Assembly: GCA_964016885.1 (NCBI GenBank)
Contig: OZ024762.1
Span: 7,378,001 to 7,442,000 of the forward strand
Source: Eledone cirrhosa
Lineage: Eukaryota
Direction: 5' to 3'
Length of the DNA stretch: 64,000 bases
Below are positions 27,101-39,253 of this stretch, one piece after another. Position 1 is the stretch's first letter, and every line of letters starts with the position of its first letter. The notes beneath the pieces are model-generated. The model made no database searches and was not told the DNA's origin. It was given only the letters and a program-made list of their open reading frames with translations. The translations under genes were made by a program, and so were the position numbers.

Positions 27101-28715
27101 AGGACAATCTGTCTAACCCATGCTGGCCAGAAACAGTCTTATATGAGGAAGACAGTCACCTGACCCAACTTGGTGTTAATAGGACAATCTGTCTAACCCA
27201 TGCTGGCCAGAAACAGTCTTATATGAGGAAGACAGTCACCTGACCCAACTTGGTGTTAATAGGACAATCTGTCTAACCCATGCTGGCCAGAAACAGTCTT
27301 ATATGAGGAAGACAGTCACCTGACCCAACTTGGTGTTAATAGGACAACCTGTCTAACCCATGCTGGCCAGAAACAGTCTTATATGAGCAAGACAGTCACC
27401 TGACCCAACCTGCCTACCCCTAGCATGGAAAATGGACGTTAAACGATGATGATGATGATAGCTATAAAACACACCCTGAATATAAACCAACTCTCTTCAA
27501 ACATTAATGTTTGGGGTGTCACATATTCCTCCATTTTAGGTAATATATGGTATACTAAATGCTATGAAACACATTGTTTGAGGTATTTTTTCGACAAATA
27601 GAATAAATAGGTGGGAAGGAGCAAAATAAATAAATTATAGTTGATATTAAATACATTTTATTTGGGTGTCAGCTCTGTTTTAGAGGTTGGAATGGATGGA
27701 ACAATGTATGTGGAATGTGTCTGGAATATAAATATAGATTTGAAAGTTGCAGAAACAATTGGAAAGAAAAGGAAGAGGCTATGTAGCCAGTCCAGCTAAA
27801 ATAGACTGCCAGGCTATGTAGCCGGTAAGAGTGTCAGACACCATGAGTTGTGGCCAGGGTTAAAACAGTTTGAGATATTTTCCACCATCAATTGTTAAAA
27901 TTAAAACAAGTGAAAATCATTTAGTCGTCCATTCGTAAAGCATGTTACACTTTAGTTACATACACACACATCTACAGGTAAATATATAAACAGATAGACA
28001 ACAGGTGTAAACCTACACATACACATATACACAGGTAAATAGATAAACAGTTAGAGACAACAGAGGTGTAAACCTGCCTACACATACACACATCTACAGG
28101 TAAATATATAAACAGATAGAGACAACAGGTGTAAACCTACACACACACAGGTAAATAGATAAACAGATAGAGACAACAGAGGTGTAAACCTGCCTACACA
28201 TACACACATCTACAGGTAAATATATAAACAGATAGAGACAACAGGTGTAAACCTACACACACACAGGTAAATAGATAAACAGTTAGAGACAACAGAGGTG
28301 TAAACCTGCCTACACATACACACATCTACAGGTAAATATATAAACAGATAGAGACAACAGGTGTAAACCTACACACACACAGGTAAATAGATAAACAGAT
28401 AGAGACAACAGAGGTGTAAACCTGCCTACACATACACACATCTACAGGTAAATATATAAACAGATACAGACAACACTACAAAGGTGTGTACCTACACACA
28501 CACACGCATCTACAGGTAAATACATAAACAGATGGAAGGGGCTGGTGAAATGCTACAGCGATGTGTGTTGCGTCCCTTTAGGGTTTACCGGCTACATAGC
28601 CTATTCAGAAAGAAAACAACAAAGAAGTATAACTTATAGAAAATATTTGAACATACCAAGATAATAAAGTGGATGGAATTGAATGGAGAGTTTTCTTGTT
28701 CTTGTGACTGGTCAT
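17460..28715 (-). CDS. AMN1: Protein AMN1 homolog (leucine-rich-repeat protein), ~261 aa, 7 coding exons
   Basis: Exons 28715-28657, 25551-25419, 24307-24166, 23202-22985, 22367-22311, 19183-19072, 17524-17460; all GT-AG and phase-consistent (786 nt). [25 protein letters not shown]...[17 protein letters not shown]...[16 protein letters not shown]...[10 protein letters not shown] is colinear with human AMN1. Confidence 0.88.
19637..19674 (-). ncRNA. Type I hammerhead ribozyme motif (Penelope-like pLTR/retrozyme)
   Basis: Minus: GCC-CUGAUGA-GUCCU caau AGGAC-GAAA-C auu G-UC-GGC, followed by AAUAAA; (TA)n nearby. Confidence 0.85.
20215..20259 (-). ncRNA. Type I hammerhead ribozyme motif, same family as 19637
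   Basis: Minus: GCU-CUGACGA-aUCCUACG guua CGUAaGGAa-GAAA-C auu G-UA-AGC, then AAUAAA. Confidence 0.75.
21359..21436 (-). ncRNA. Type I hammerhead ribozyme motif (stem II degenerate)
   Basis: Minus: AUCACCCA-CUGAUGA-(imperfect stem II)-GAAA-CAAC aacaa GUUG-UC-UGGGUGAU; perfect 8-bp stem I. Confidence 0.75.
21541..22113 (+). mobile_element. piggyBac-type MITE copy (5' truncated) with 59/70-bp internal tandem array
   Basis: Same family as 16454; ends aaatgctaaacggttaa. Confidence 0.75.
22720..22937 (-). mobile_element. tRNA-derived cephalopod-type SINE (further copies ~33695-33880, 34090-34280, 41295-41392, 44315-44450, 53630-53810)
   Basis: Conserved ctggtactttattttatcgaccccgtaaggatgaaaggcaaagttaacctcggcgggatttgaactc; B-box GAGTTCAAATCC on minus; A/T-rich tail. 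Confidence 0.8.
23245..23790. repeat. (CAC/CAT)n trinucleotide-based satellite in AMN1 intron
   Basis: Direct inspection. Confidence 0.95.
24605..25190. repeat. ~42-bp minisatellite running into a SINE 3' part
   Basis: Unit caggtgtcacgacaaaaaacacccagcccaaactgtaaagtggtcgtg repeated >12 times; continues into ggcattaagaagggcatccagcc...(gat)n. Confidence 0.93.
25860..25982. mobile_element. Palindromic hammerhead-bearing element, family A (also 38515-38640, 48258-48445, 48790-48980, 48990-49065, 60852-61040)
   Basis: Consensus (g)cttc/ttc-CTGATGA-tttc cttc gaat-GAAA-CAG ttctagtc CTG-TA-GAAGC arranged as a fold-back; shared tail tactctgctatgtattgagtaccttac...gattgaacc. Confidence 0.75.
26801..27410. 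repeat. 73-bp minisatellite (~8 copies) derived from a SINE 3' region
   Basis: Unit tgctggccagaaacagtcttatatgaggaagacagtcacctgacccaacttggtgttaataggacaatctgtctaaccca. Confidence 0.95.
27958..28530. repeat. Composite minisatellite (~120-bp higher-order unit)
   Basis: Repeats of acaggtaaatatataaacagatagagacaacaggtgtaaacctacacac. Confidence 0.9.
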
Positions 28716-28985
28716 CTTTCTCTACCTATCTCTCTATCTCACTCCCTCTCTACCTATCTATCTGTCTATCTCACTCCCCCTCTACCTATCTCACTCTCTC
28801 TCTCTATCTATCTGTCTACCTCTATCACGCTCCCTTTCTCTCTATCTCTCACACTATTTGTCTATCTCTATCTCTTACACTCTCTACCTCTTCTCTATTA
28901 CTTTCAATCTTTCTCTCCCACTCTCTGTGTCTTTTCTCTCTCTCTCTTAACACAGAGAAAAAAATCCACCTGAGTATTAAATTAG

Positions 28986-29038
<53 letters not shown>

Positions 29039-29825
29039 AAAAGAGTCAGGACCCCGACGGCTGAGCTCTGGCCGTTTCGACAGCTATTAAATTGTATCAA
29101 CCTGGATGAAAGGATTAAAGGCAGTTGACCAGAACAAGTTAAAGCCCCATGGAGCCACAAATCATTCTAATCGACGTTTTAACAACTCTGCCAACTCGTC
29201 CCCCCCCCCTCCTTATCTAGAACTATAAACAATTTATGTTATTATTTATACAACTGTGAAAAGAATGGAAGGGATGACGAACTGAGCCGTTCTAAATGAG
29301 ACATCTACCTCTTAGACATAGGTTAGAATATAGTCATTTGATATAAGAGATAGATTTAGAAAAGCTTAAGGACAAAATAAACTGCAAAGATAATTTTACT
29401 GGGAAACCTGAGATCATAGGAAATTCGCATTAAAACAACACCATCACATCATAACATCCCTTTGGAAAAGAAACCGGAAATAGATTAAAATAAGAGTCAG
29501 ACAAGGGAGATAATTATAACCATACTTAAGGGAGATAACTAAAAAATGATATTTTCAATTGCACTGAGGTCATGCTGGAGCTCGACATTTAAGAATATAG
29601 TCCATATATCGCCCCCCAATTCTTATTTAATCGATCTCTTTTTTTTTCTTTCTAACTGCCAAGTTAAGACACACACACATATATATATATATACATTACA
29701 GAGAGTCGGGACCCGACGGCTGAACTCTTGCTGTTTCGACTGCTAATTCCAGTCTCCAGAATTAGTTGTTGAAACGGCAAGAGCTCAACCGTCGGGCCCA
29801 ACTCTCTCTAATATAGTTACACTCT

Positions 29826-30215
29826 ACATGGCTCAAATGAAAATCAGTGCTACAAAAACTGAGACACTCCTCTTCTCAAAGAAGCCTGCGCAGTGCACTC
29901 TACATGTGAATGGAGTTCCACTGAAACAGGTAGAGAAGTTTAAGTATCTCGGGGCCGTGTTCACGAGTGATGGAAGACAGGTGGCTGAATTAAGTGCAAG
30001 AATTGCAGAAGCTGGTGCAGTAATGTGCCAGCTGCAGCATTCAGTAATCAGAAAGGAGGGGGGAGGGGTTAGATATAAAAGCCAAACTTGTTATCTTCAA
30101 TTTGGTATTCGTGCCAGCCCTTACCTTTGGTCATGAATCTTGGGTAATGACTGAAAGAATATGATCGCAAACACAAGCAGCCAAAATGGGGTTCCTCTGA
30201 AGAGTCTTTGAGTTA
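29826..30215 (+). mobile_element. RTE-clade LINE RT C-terminal fragment (frameshifted)
   Basis: MKISATKTE...LKQVEKFKYLGAVFTSDG...ARIAEA, then FGHESWVMTER in another frame. Confidence 0.85.
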
Positions 30216-30223
30216 CTTGAGTG

Positions 30224-31096
30224 TTAACCCTTTAGCATTTACATTACTCTATATTTATTATTGTATTTTCACAGAAAAGACTTTATCTCACAGAATATCA
30301 AATCTATGAGATTTTGATATTTATTTTGAGAACAATACCTTAACATAAGTAGGAGCAGCCAGTTATGGCCAGTTTGAACAGAAAGAGGTGAGAAAATTCT
30401 GGCTGGATATAGCCGGTTTAAACAGAAAGAGGTGAGAGAATTCTGGCTGGATATGGCCGGTTTAAACAGAAAGAGGTGAGAGAATTCTGGCTGGATATAG
30501 CCGGTTTAAACAGAAAGAGGTGAGAGAATTCTGGCTGGACATAGCCGGTTTAAATGGAAAGAGGTGAAAGAATTCTGGCTGGATATAGCCGGTTTAAACG
30601 GAAAGAGGTGAGAGAATTCTGGCTGGATATAGCCGGTTTAAACAGAAAGAGGTGAGAGAATTCTGGCTGGATATAGCCGGTTTAAACAGAAAGAGGTGAA
30701 AGAATTCTGGCTGGATATAGCCGGTTTAAACGGAAAGAGGTGAGAGAATTCTGGCTGGATATAGCCGGTTTAAACAGAAAGAGGTGAGAGAATTCTGGCT
30801 GGACATAGCCGGTTTAAATGGAAAGAGGTGAAAGAATTCTGGCTGGATATAGCCGGTTTAAACAGAAAGAGGTGAAAGAATTCTGGCTGGATATAGCCGG
30901 TTTAAATGGAAAGAGGTGAAAGAATTCTGGCTGGATATAGCCGGTTTAAACGGAAAGAGGTGAGAGAATTCTGGCTGGATATAGCTGGTTTAAACAGAAA
31001 GAGGTGAGAGAATTCTGGCTGGATATAGCCGGTTTAAACAGAAAGAGGTGAGAGAATTCTGGCTGGATATGGCTGGTTGAAATGCTAAAGGGTTAA
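30224..31096 (+). mobile_element. Complete piggyBac-type MITE with 41-bp internal tandem array
   Basis: TTAA-CCCTTTAGCATTT ... AAATGCTAAAGGG-TTAA; unit aacagaaagaggtgagagaattctggctggatatagccggttta repeated ~17 times. Confidence 0.85.
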
Positions 31097-33522
31097 GTTA
31101 TGTTCCAGTTTGTATATACATTAATATTAATTTCTTTCAGTCGTTTCTGTGCTACAGATTGCCAATCATTGTTAGCTTTAGGATTAGCCGGACTAGGATG
31201 CATGATTTTTTCGATCCGAAAATCTGAAGGAATGCTGTCTTGCAGCTGCAACTTTTCCTTGGCTTTCAATGCATTCTCGTAGGCAAAGTTACCAATTCCA
31301 ATTATGAGCTTTAGTTGTAGCAACTGCACCACTTGTATTAAAGAATGGTTACATGCTGCTAACAACCGTTCTCGTTCCTGTCGGATCAGCTTATTTGGTG
31401 TTACGTTCTTCACAGTTCTCTTTTTCTTCTTCGCAGATGTCACTTCAGAAATCCTCATGAAAAGTAATGGACAGATGTTATGTACAAAACAGTCCTTGAA
31501 GAATACCTCAGGTGTTCCACACACAGACTTGAACAGGTTCCAAAAACGTTGACCGCTCACCTGTTGGTAGAACCAAAAGGAATGACCAATGAGGAAAGAT
31601 TCTACCAACAATAACATCATCATAAACAGCAACAGCAACAAGATCATCACCACCACCAATAATACCATCATTCTCCCCACCACTGCTACCAACAACAATA
31701 CCATCATCATCACCACTATCACCATCAGCAATACCATCATCATCACCATCACCACCAACAACACCATCATCACCAACAACAACACCATCACCATCAACAA
31801 TAACAGTAGTAGTGGTGACAATGAAGATGACAATGGTAGTGTTGATGATGATGGTGATGGTTATGGTGATGGTGATGATAATGGTAGTGTTGATGTTGAT
31901 GGTGGAGAAGAAGACTGATTGAAAATTTACAAAACAATTTTTAAAATAAGAAAAAAGGAAATGTTTAAAGTTCATACTTCATTTTGGGAAAATTCCAGTC
32001 CTACAATGGGAATTTTGGGATGTTCGTTTGGAGGTTTCCTTACAATTCCATCAATCTTCAACCAATTACGAACAGTATCAATATTGCCAAATGGTATCTG
32101 GGAAAATGGGAGGTAAAAAACCCATCCATATATATATATATACAAGAAAGTAAGGTTCATTAAAATATTCCACACGGATAAAAATATAGGGAAAAGAAAT
32201 TGAAAATGCAACTGGAGTCTTTTAAGAATATTTATTTACTTCACCAGTTTCTCAGTTCTGATGATTTTCAAAAGTAAAATTGAGATGGAGGGTTTGTGTT
32301 TCTATTGTGGTTTGTCCAAAGCTTAGCATTTACATTGCTCTATATATACTATTGTATTTTCACAGTAAAGGCTTTACCTCACATAATATCTCACATAACA
32401 TTTACATTACTCTATATATACTATTGTATTTTCACAGTAAAGGCTTTACCTCACATAATATCTCACATAACATTTACATTACTCTATATATACTATTGTA
32501 TTGTCACAGTAAAGGCTTTACCTCACATAATATCTCACATAACATTTATATTACTCTATATATACTATTGTATTTTCACAGTAAAGGCTTTACCTCACAT
32601 AATATCTCACATTATATTTACATTGCTCTATATATACTATTGTATTTTCACAGTAAAGGCTTTACCTCACATAATATCTCACATTATATTTACATTGCTC
32701 TATATATACTATTGTATTTTCATCGTAAAGGCTTTACCTCGCATAACATTTACATTACTCTATATATACTATTATATTTTCACAGTAAAGGCTTTACCTC
32801 ACATAACATTTACATTACTCTATATATACTATTGTATTTTTACAGTAAAGGCTTTATCTCACATAATATTTACATTACTCTATATATGCTATTATATTTT
32901 CACAGTAAAAGCTTTACCTCACATAACATTTACATTACTCTATATATACTATTGTATTTTTACAGTAAAGGCTTTATCTCACATAATATTTACATTACTC
33001 TATATATGCTATTATATTTTCATGGTAAAGGCTTTACCTCACATAATATCTCAGATAATATCGAATCTATGAGATTTTGATATTACATATCTTGAGAACA
33101 ACACCTTAACATCAGTATGAGTGGCCAGTTACAGCCAGTTTGTACAGAAAGAGGTGAGAGAGTTCTGGCCGGATATGGCTGGTTTAAATACTAAATGATA
33201 AAAATGATAAAACAGGAAACAAATTGAAACTTACTCCCGTCTGTCCCATTCCTTTAGATCCAGCGTTCATCCCCAAAAATAACACCTTCTTTTCAGAATT
33301 ACAAAACCTGTGGACAAATTTCATGTGTGTGTCAGATGCGTATTCTAATGGATTATATATGAGGTTGACGGGTTCTGTAAACTGAATTCTGTTTAATTCT
33401 TGACAAAGTTCATTTTCCAACTGAAGAAAGCGTTCTGCAATACTGAGAGGCAATACAGTTGGAATGCCGGGCTTATCAAGACATGTCTGTCCATATTTGT
33501 CTTTGTTTGTACTTTCAGACAT
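31093..33522 (-). CDS. SMUG1: Single-strand-selective monofunctional uracil-DNA glycosylase, ~291 aa, 3 coding exons
   Basis: Exons 33522-33235, 32097-31978, 31560-31093 (all phase 0, GT-AG). Motifs IYNPLEYA, VLFLGMNxGxxGMxQTG/IPFG, EVSGQRFW, CFVHNICPL, MHPSPAN. Probable non-coding exon 1 ends near 37452 (AG|GTGAGT). Confidence 0.93.
32322..33196 (+). mobile_element. piggyBac-type MITE with 59/70-bp internal tandem array in SMUG1 intron
   Basis: Same family as 30224; explains ORFs 32280-33080. Confidence 0.8.
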
Positions 33523-34389
33523 TGTTATATATATGTTCTTGCATCAGATTTTCTTTTAGTGTCACCTGCAATAAGGAAAGACAAAGTTGACCTCAGTGTG
33601 ATTTGAACTGAGAATGTATGGTGTCCTAACTAAACACCACAAGGCATGTTGTCCAATACTCTAATAATCCAGCCAATCCACCAATTTAATAATAATTGTT
33701 TCTACTTTTGGCACAAGGCCAGCAATTATCCTAGTGTATTACTGGTACTTTATTTTATCGACCCTGTAAGGATGAAAGGCAAAGCTAACCTCGGCGGGAT
33801 TTGAACTCAGACCACAAAGGGCCGTAACTCAATGCTGCAAGGCATGGTGTTCGACCCTCTACCGATACTGCCAATTCACCATAGATAATAGAGTGTTATA
33901 ATTTGTTTGAAGCAATGTTGAATAGGAAATATAGATTTAAATAATTTTAAAAGCCATACAATGCATTAGAAAATTAAAAGTGCTAAGATAACGATAGAAT
34001 TTTACCTTAGCAAATTTAATTAAATTAAATTATATTGGCACCTTTAATTTTCTAATGCATTGTATGGATTTTAAAATTATTTCAATTAATAATAATAATT
34101 GTTTCTACTTTTGGCACAAGGCCAGCAATTACCCAGTGTATTACTGGTACTTTATTTTATCGACCCCGTAAGGATGAAAGGTAAAGTTAACCTCGGCGGG
34201 ATTTGAACTCAGTCCGTAAAGGGACGTAACTGTGCTTCAGAGCATGGCGTCCAACCCTCTACCGATACTGCCAATCCCACAATGATTTCTGATTTAGACA
34301 CAAGGCCAACAATTTAAGGGGAGAGGGAAGTAAATTAAATCAACCCCCAGTATGTTGCTGGTACTTTATCTTATTTTATTAATTCCGAA

Positions 34390-34500
34390 GGCGTGAGTGG
34401 TTAGAGAACTGGGTTCACAATCTTGAGGTTGTGAGTTCTATTCCCGGACCGGGCGATGCGTTACGTCCTTGAGCAAGACACTTTATTTCACGTTGCTCCT
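34390..34500 (+). mobile_element. Second tRNA-derived SINE family (minus copies ~18280-18425, 48670-48775)
   Basis: gtggttagag...gtgagttctattcccggacc...gtccttgagcaagacactttatttcac. Confidence 0.7.
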
Positions 34501-35822
34501 TCTACCTGGAGTTGCGACCGATAGATAGTACTAACAACTGGAAAGACCAACGGAAACATTGTTTCCTCGGTCCGATTTGACGAAAGTCGATCGATAAAGA
34601 ATATAAGGATGAAAAGCAAAGCTAGCCTTGGCAGGATTTGGACTCAGTACGTAAAGGGTTGCAACTCCATGCTGCAAAGCATGTTGTCTAACGCTCTACT
34701 GATTACAGCCAATGCACCTTGGCGGGATTTGAACCCAGAACATAAAGGGTTGTAAGAAATACTAATAAATATTGGTCTGATGTTCTAACAACTCTACCAA
34801 TTGAACAGATAGTACTGGAGTATAGTTTAGTGAGGTACTAATAGAGAAGATAGTACTGGAGTATAGTTTAATGTGGTACTAATAGAGGACATAGTACTGG
34901 AGTATAGTTTTGTGAGGTGCTAATAGACCAGATAGTACTGGAATATGACCTAGTGAGGTACTAATAGAGAAGATAGTACTGGAATATCACCTACAGTCTC
35001 TGGGTCAATGGTATTGACTTATGACCGAGTTATATAAATATCTTTATTATACATAGACACAAAACCACACACACAGACACATACACACATACATACACAG
35101 CCACAACCACACACAGACAGACACACCCACACAGACAGACAGACACACCCACACCGTTAGATACTAAAATCACAACAAAACCTTTTCAAAGAAAGTCATT
35201 TACAAAAGAAAAATATTTTATAAGTTATACAGTGGACTACTACTACTGCTACCACTACTACTACTGCTGTTACTACTACTACTGCTACCACTACTACTAC
35301 TACTACTGCTACCACTACTACCACCACCACCACTACTACTATCACTACTGATACTACCACTACTACTACTACCACCACCACCACTACTACCACTACTGAT
35401 ACTACCACCACAACGACCACCATCACTACTGATACTACCACCACAACGACCACCATCACTACTGATACTACCACCACCACTACTACTACTACACATATAT
35501 ACATATATATATGTATAAATGTATATGTGTATGTATGAATGAAGTAATTCCGTCGGAAAGGTCCAAGAAAAAAAGAGTGCTCTATGTAAATTACAGAGCT
35601 TATTAGTTATGTAATAAACAACATAAGATAATTATTTCATTTACCAGTGGTTTCTTGAAAGCAACCAAAATTGCTTTCATTCATCAGAATGAAAAATCCT
35701 GGTGTCTTTATTGACAGTGGATTTGAAAAACAAAAATATAACAGATATGAAAGTGAGGCTGGAGGAAAAAAAAAGGGGTGGGGGTAATAAATAATATATA
35801 ACAACACACACGTACACACACT

Positions 35823-35863
<41 letters not shown>

Positions 35864-35951
35864 AGATCAAAAGATGGTTAAAAGAGTTCCAAGTATTTTA
35901 TTATGCGCATTTCAAAAACAAATATCATCATGGCTTCATATCATGTATCCC

Positions 35952-36022
35952 TATTTTATCTGATGAAAACGCAGATATCATCCCATGATGATATTTGTTT
36001 TTGAAATGCGCATAATAAAATA
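35952..36022 (+). ncRNA. Type I hammerhead ribozyme motif, family B
   Basis: UAUUUUAU-CUGAUGA-(stem II cagauaucau/augauauuug)-GAAA-U gcgc A-UA-AUAAAAUA; 8-bp stem I; inside fold-back 35858-36060. Confidence 0.8.
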
Positions 36023-37768
36023 CTTGGAACTCTTTTAAAACATCTTTTGATCTTATATTATTTATACTCCAGTCCTACAAACTGTAGAGTGCTACTTATC
36101 CGATATTTGCATTGCTTTATTGTGCTACAATAAAACTCACCTCCTACATTATATATATGTGTGTGTGTGTGAAAACAAAATATTTAACTTTGTGTTAAGG
36201 TATTAGTTAATTTATTTATTTATTCATTAATTTATTTAATAATTGTCAATTATTAAATAAATAAATTAATGAATAAATAAATAAATGCTATTGTTAATAA
36301 ATAAATTAACTAATACCTTAACACTTCACACAAAGTTAAATATTTTGTTTTAAACATTTTCTAACCCAGAAAAAGAGAAAAAAAATAAAGGAAAAACATA
36401 TATTTTTCTTTCTAATAATCATTTTATCTCCCTATTTACATATATATATATATTCCAACTCGTGTGCTCCTTCTCCACATTTTATAATTATATATATATA
36501 TTAGTAATAATAAATACAAAGACCAAAATCCAAAGAGGACTCGGTAAGGGTTCTATAAACCCGCAGAGGAAATATTTATTATAATCCGTGTTGGTAGATA
36601 AAATAAAGTACCAGTAATGCACTGAAATAATTTTTTCGACTTTCCCCTCCCACAGAATTGCTACCCTTGTGTCTAAATCAGAAACCATTAGTTTAGTATT
36701 GTTGAGGTAAACAAGAAAGATTTTAAAGAGAATTTTACCAATGGCTTTTGTTGTACTGAATTCAAAATTGCCGGTACAGGGTTTATTGGCAAGTGGAAAT
36801 CATCTTGCAGGTGCTCTGTGTTGGTGGAACCAGTCTAAATATATCTTGTCGGTGTTGTGTGATGCTGGAATCAGTCTAAATACACTTTGTAGGACCTCTG
36901 TGCTGCTGGAAGCAGTCTAAATACATATCGTAAGGGCTCTGTGTTGTAGGAAGTAGTCTAAATACATCAAAATTATTTTAAAGGATTAAAGAAACGGAAG
37001 TCTCTGGCTTCAGGATAATTTTCTTCCTCCTTTGTTGTTGTGGAAGGGAAATGACTCGGGGTTTTGTTAGATAAAAGAAGTGTGGTCGGGGGAAGCAGTC
37101 TAATTTTCTCCACAATTAATTACACCAGTCTCGTGTTTGTGATAAATTATTAATTTGTTTTCATTTTTCATGGGTTTATTATTTATTATTTATTTTTTGC
37201 AGTTCGTTATGAACGAATCTGACCTTTAAAACAGTTGGAAATTATTTGTTTTTTTTTTAGTTAGTTAACCCTACCTCACGATGTAAATCGGAGGCCCTTA
37301 GAGTGGGGATTCACATAAAACGACTGACTAATTCGGACCTGGTGTACATGTGTGTGTAATTTTACAATATCGACTCTTTCCTTGTAAAATATATATGTAT
37401 GTGCCACTAGACTAACGACAACACCCCAACAAAATTAACTTCTTAAACTCACCTCTTCAATCTATGTTGTTGTTTATTAAAATATGTCAGTCATCACTAT
37501 TTACAAAGGTTCCAGGGTTAGCGTAACCCTAACAGTAAAACCGTCCAGCGAGAGACGAGAATAATTGTAAAGAAAAGAAAACTTCTAGGGGTGCTCCACA
37601 GACCACACAACACTTCGACTCCGTTAATATTTTTTAAATGAGTCATATCTAACAGGTTTGGAGGTCAGATCCGTTCAAACTCCCCACCCCAAAAAGATGA
37701 CAAATTTCTCCAACGAACACAAGACGAGTGTAGTTGTATCAATTTACCGATATATCAACATCTCCACC

Positions 37769-37806
<38 letters not shown>

Positions 37807-38399
37807 AAAGAGTCAGGATCCCGACGGTTGAGCTCCGGCCGTTTCGGCAGCTAGATCTCCCCCTTTCTCTCTCTATATATATATACAGTATATATAATCT
37901 CTCTATTATTAAGTTCAAGTCAGAGTCCTGTTAACTTTACACTTTCGCCTGTCTATAAATGGGATATATATATATATAGTAATAATAATAAATGTAAAGA
38001 CTAAAATCGGGAGAGGGCTCGATAGGGATAATGTGTATATCAAAATATTTCAGAAGATCCCGTTAAGGGTGAAGGCAGCGATTCTTTGCTTAAACTTTAA
38101 TCTGTTATTTTAATATATATATATAGTAATAATAATTACGAAGACCAAAATCCGAAGAGAACTCGATAAGTTTCAGATCCCGTAAAAGGGTGAAAGCGGC
38201 GATTCTTTGCTTAAACTTTAATCTGTACAAATAATATATATATACACACAAGCTTGTATATATATATATATATATATAAAAATGAAAAGTAGCTTGTGTG
38301 TGTGTATATATATATTTATATATATAGTGATTTTATTAAGGCTGAATAGTGAGTCTTGTTACTTTCGAGTTTCGCTTGTTTATCACAAGAGCTCATATA

Positions 38400-38492
38400 T
38401 ACAGGATGTCCCCAAAAATGTATACAACGTTCTAATAAATATTGCCTGTACAGGTAATCCAAATGTGCATACATTTTTTGAGACACCTTGCG
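38400..38492. mobile_element. ~100-bp Tc1/mariner MITE (also 38640-38730, 49932-50034, 52598-52687, 54905-54995)
   Basis: TIR CAGGGTGTCCCAAAAAATGTATACA, TA flanks. Confidence 0.8.
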
Positions 38493-38860
38493 TGTATACA
38501 TATGTAACAAATTTAATATAGAAATGGTTTCTACGGGACTAGAACTGTTTCATTCGAAGGAAATCATCAGGAAAATATACACTCTAATGTATTGAGTACC
38601 TTACTTACTGTGGTTAACCCCGACTTAACCTGGGACTCGCACAAATGTATATACACTTCGACAGCATTCTAATAAATATTGCCTGTACTGGTAATCAAAG
38701 TGTGTTTAATATATTTTGGGGGGAGACCGTATATATATATATATATATTTAAAAGTTAAACAAGATTCAATGAATACGTCAAAGAACGAGTTTTACAATA
38801 GATTGGAAGGATGACTGAATCTTAACCATCTACTATGTCAGGGCATATCATGTATCATCT

Positions 38861-38927
38861 TATTTTATCTGATGAGGACGTACTGTTGAACTTAACTCAA
38901 TACCTCTGAAATATGTATAATAAAATA
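38861..38927 (+). ncRNA. Type I hammerhead motif, family B
   Basis: UAUUUUAU-CUGAUGA-stem II-GAAA-U augu A-UA-AUAAAAUA. Confidence 0.72.
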
Positions 38928-39253
38928 TACTTGATCACAAGAATACCTATTTTGTTAATATTTTGAATTAATATATATATATATACATACATACACCTTT
39001 CGTAATTGTACACCTTGTTGTTGTCAACTTTTCCTATATATATATATATATATATATAACGAAGGAAATATGGTAAGGAACCAGATGGACCATAACGCAC
39101 ACCAAAGTACTCAATACTTAGGGTAGTAGAGTGGGTAATATGAACGAGTAGGACTAATGAGTCCAAAATTAGCCGTCAAAACGGCTTGAGCTCAGCCGTC
39201 GGGGTCCTACTCGTTCCTATATATATATATATATTTATTAAAATAACAGATTA

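Noticed and set aside
26801-27410. Regular repeats resembling a CRISPR array (also 24605, 30360, 58770, 61625)
   Set aside because: Head-to-tail units with no unique spacers, eukaryotic context, no cas genes.
31561-31920. Hydrophobic or poly-N/T/D ORF extensions of SMUG1 (likewise 22439-22778, 23236-23807, 35196-35504)
   Set aside because: Intronic trinucleotide microsatellites outside the splice sites.
32280-33080. Repetitive '[12 protein letters not shown]' ORFs (also 16474, 17022, 21602)
   Set aside because: Internal tandem repeats of a TTAA-flanked MITE; no coding signature.
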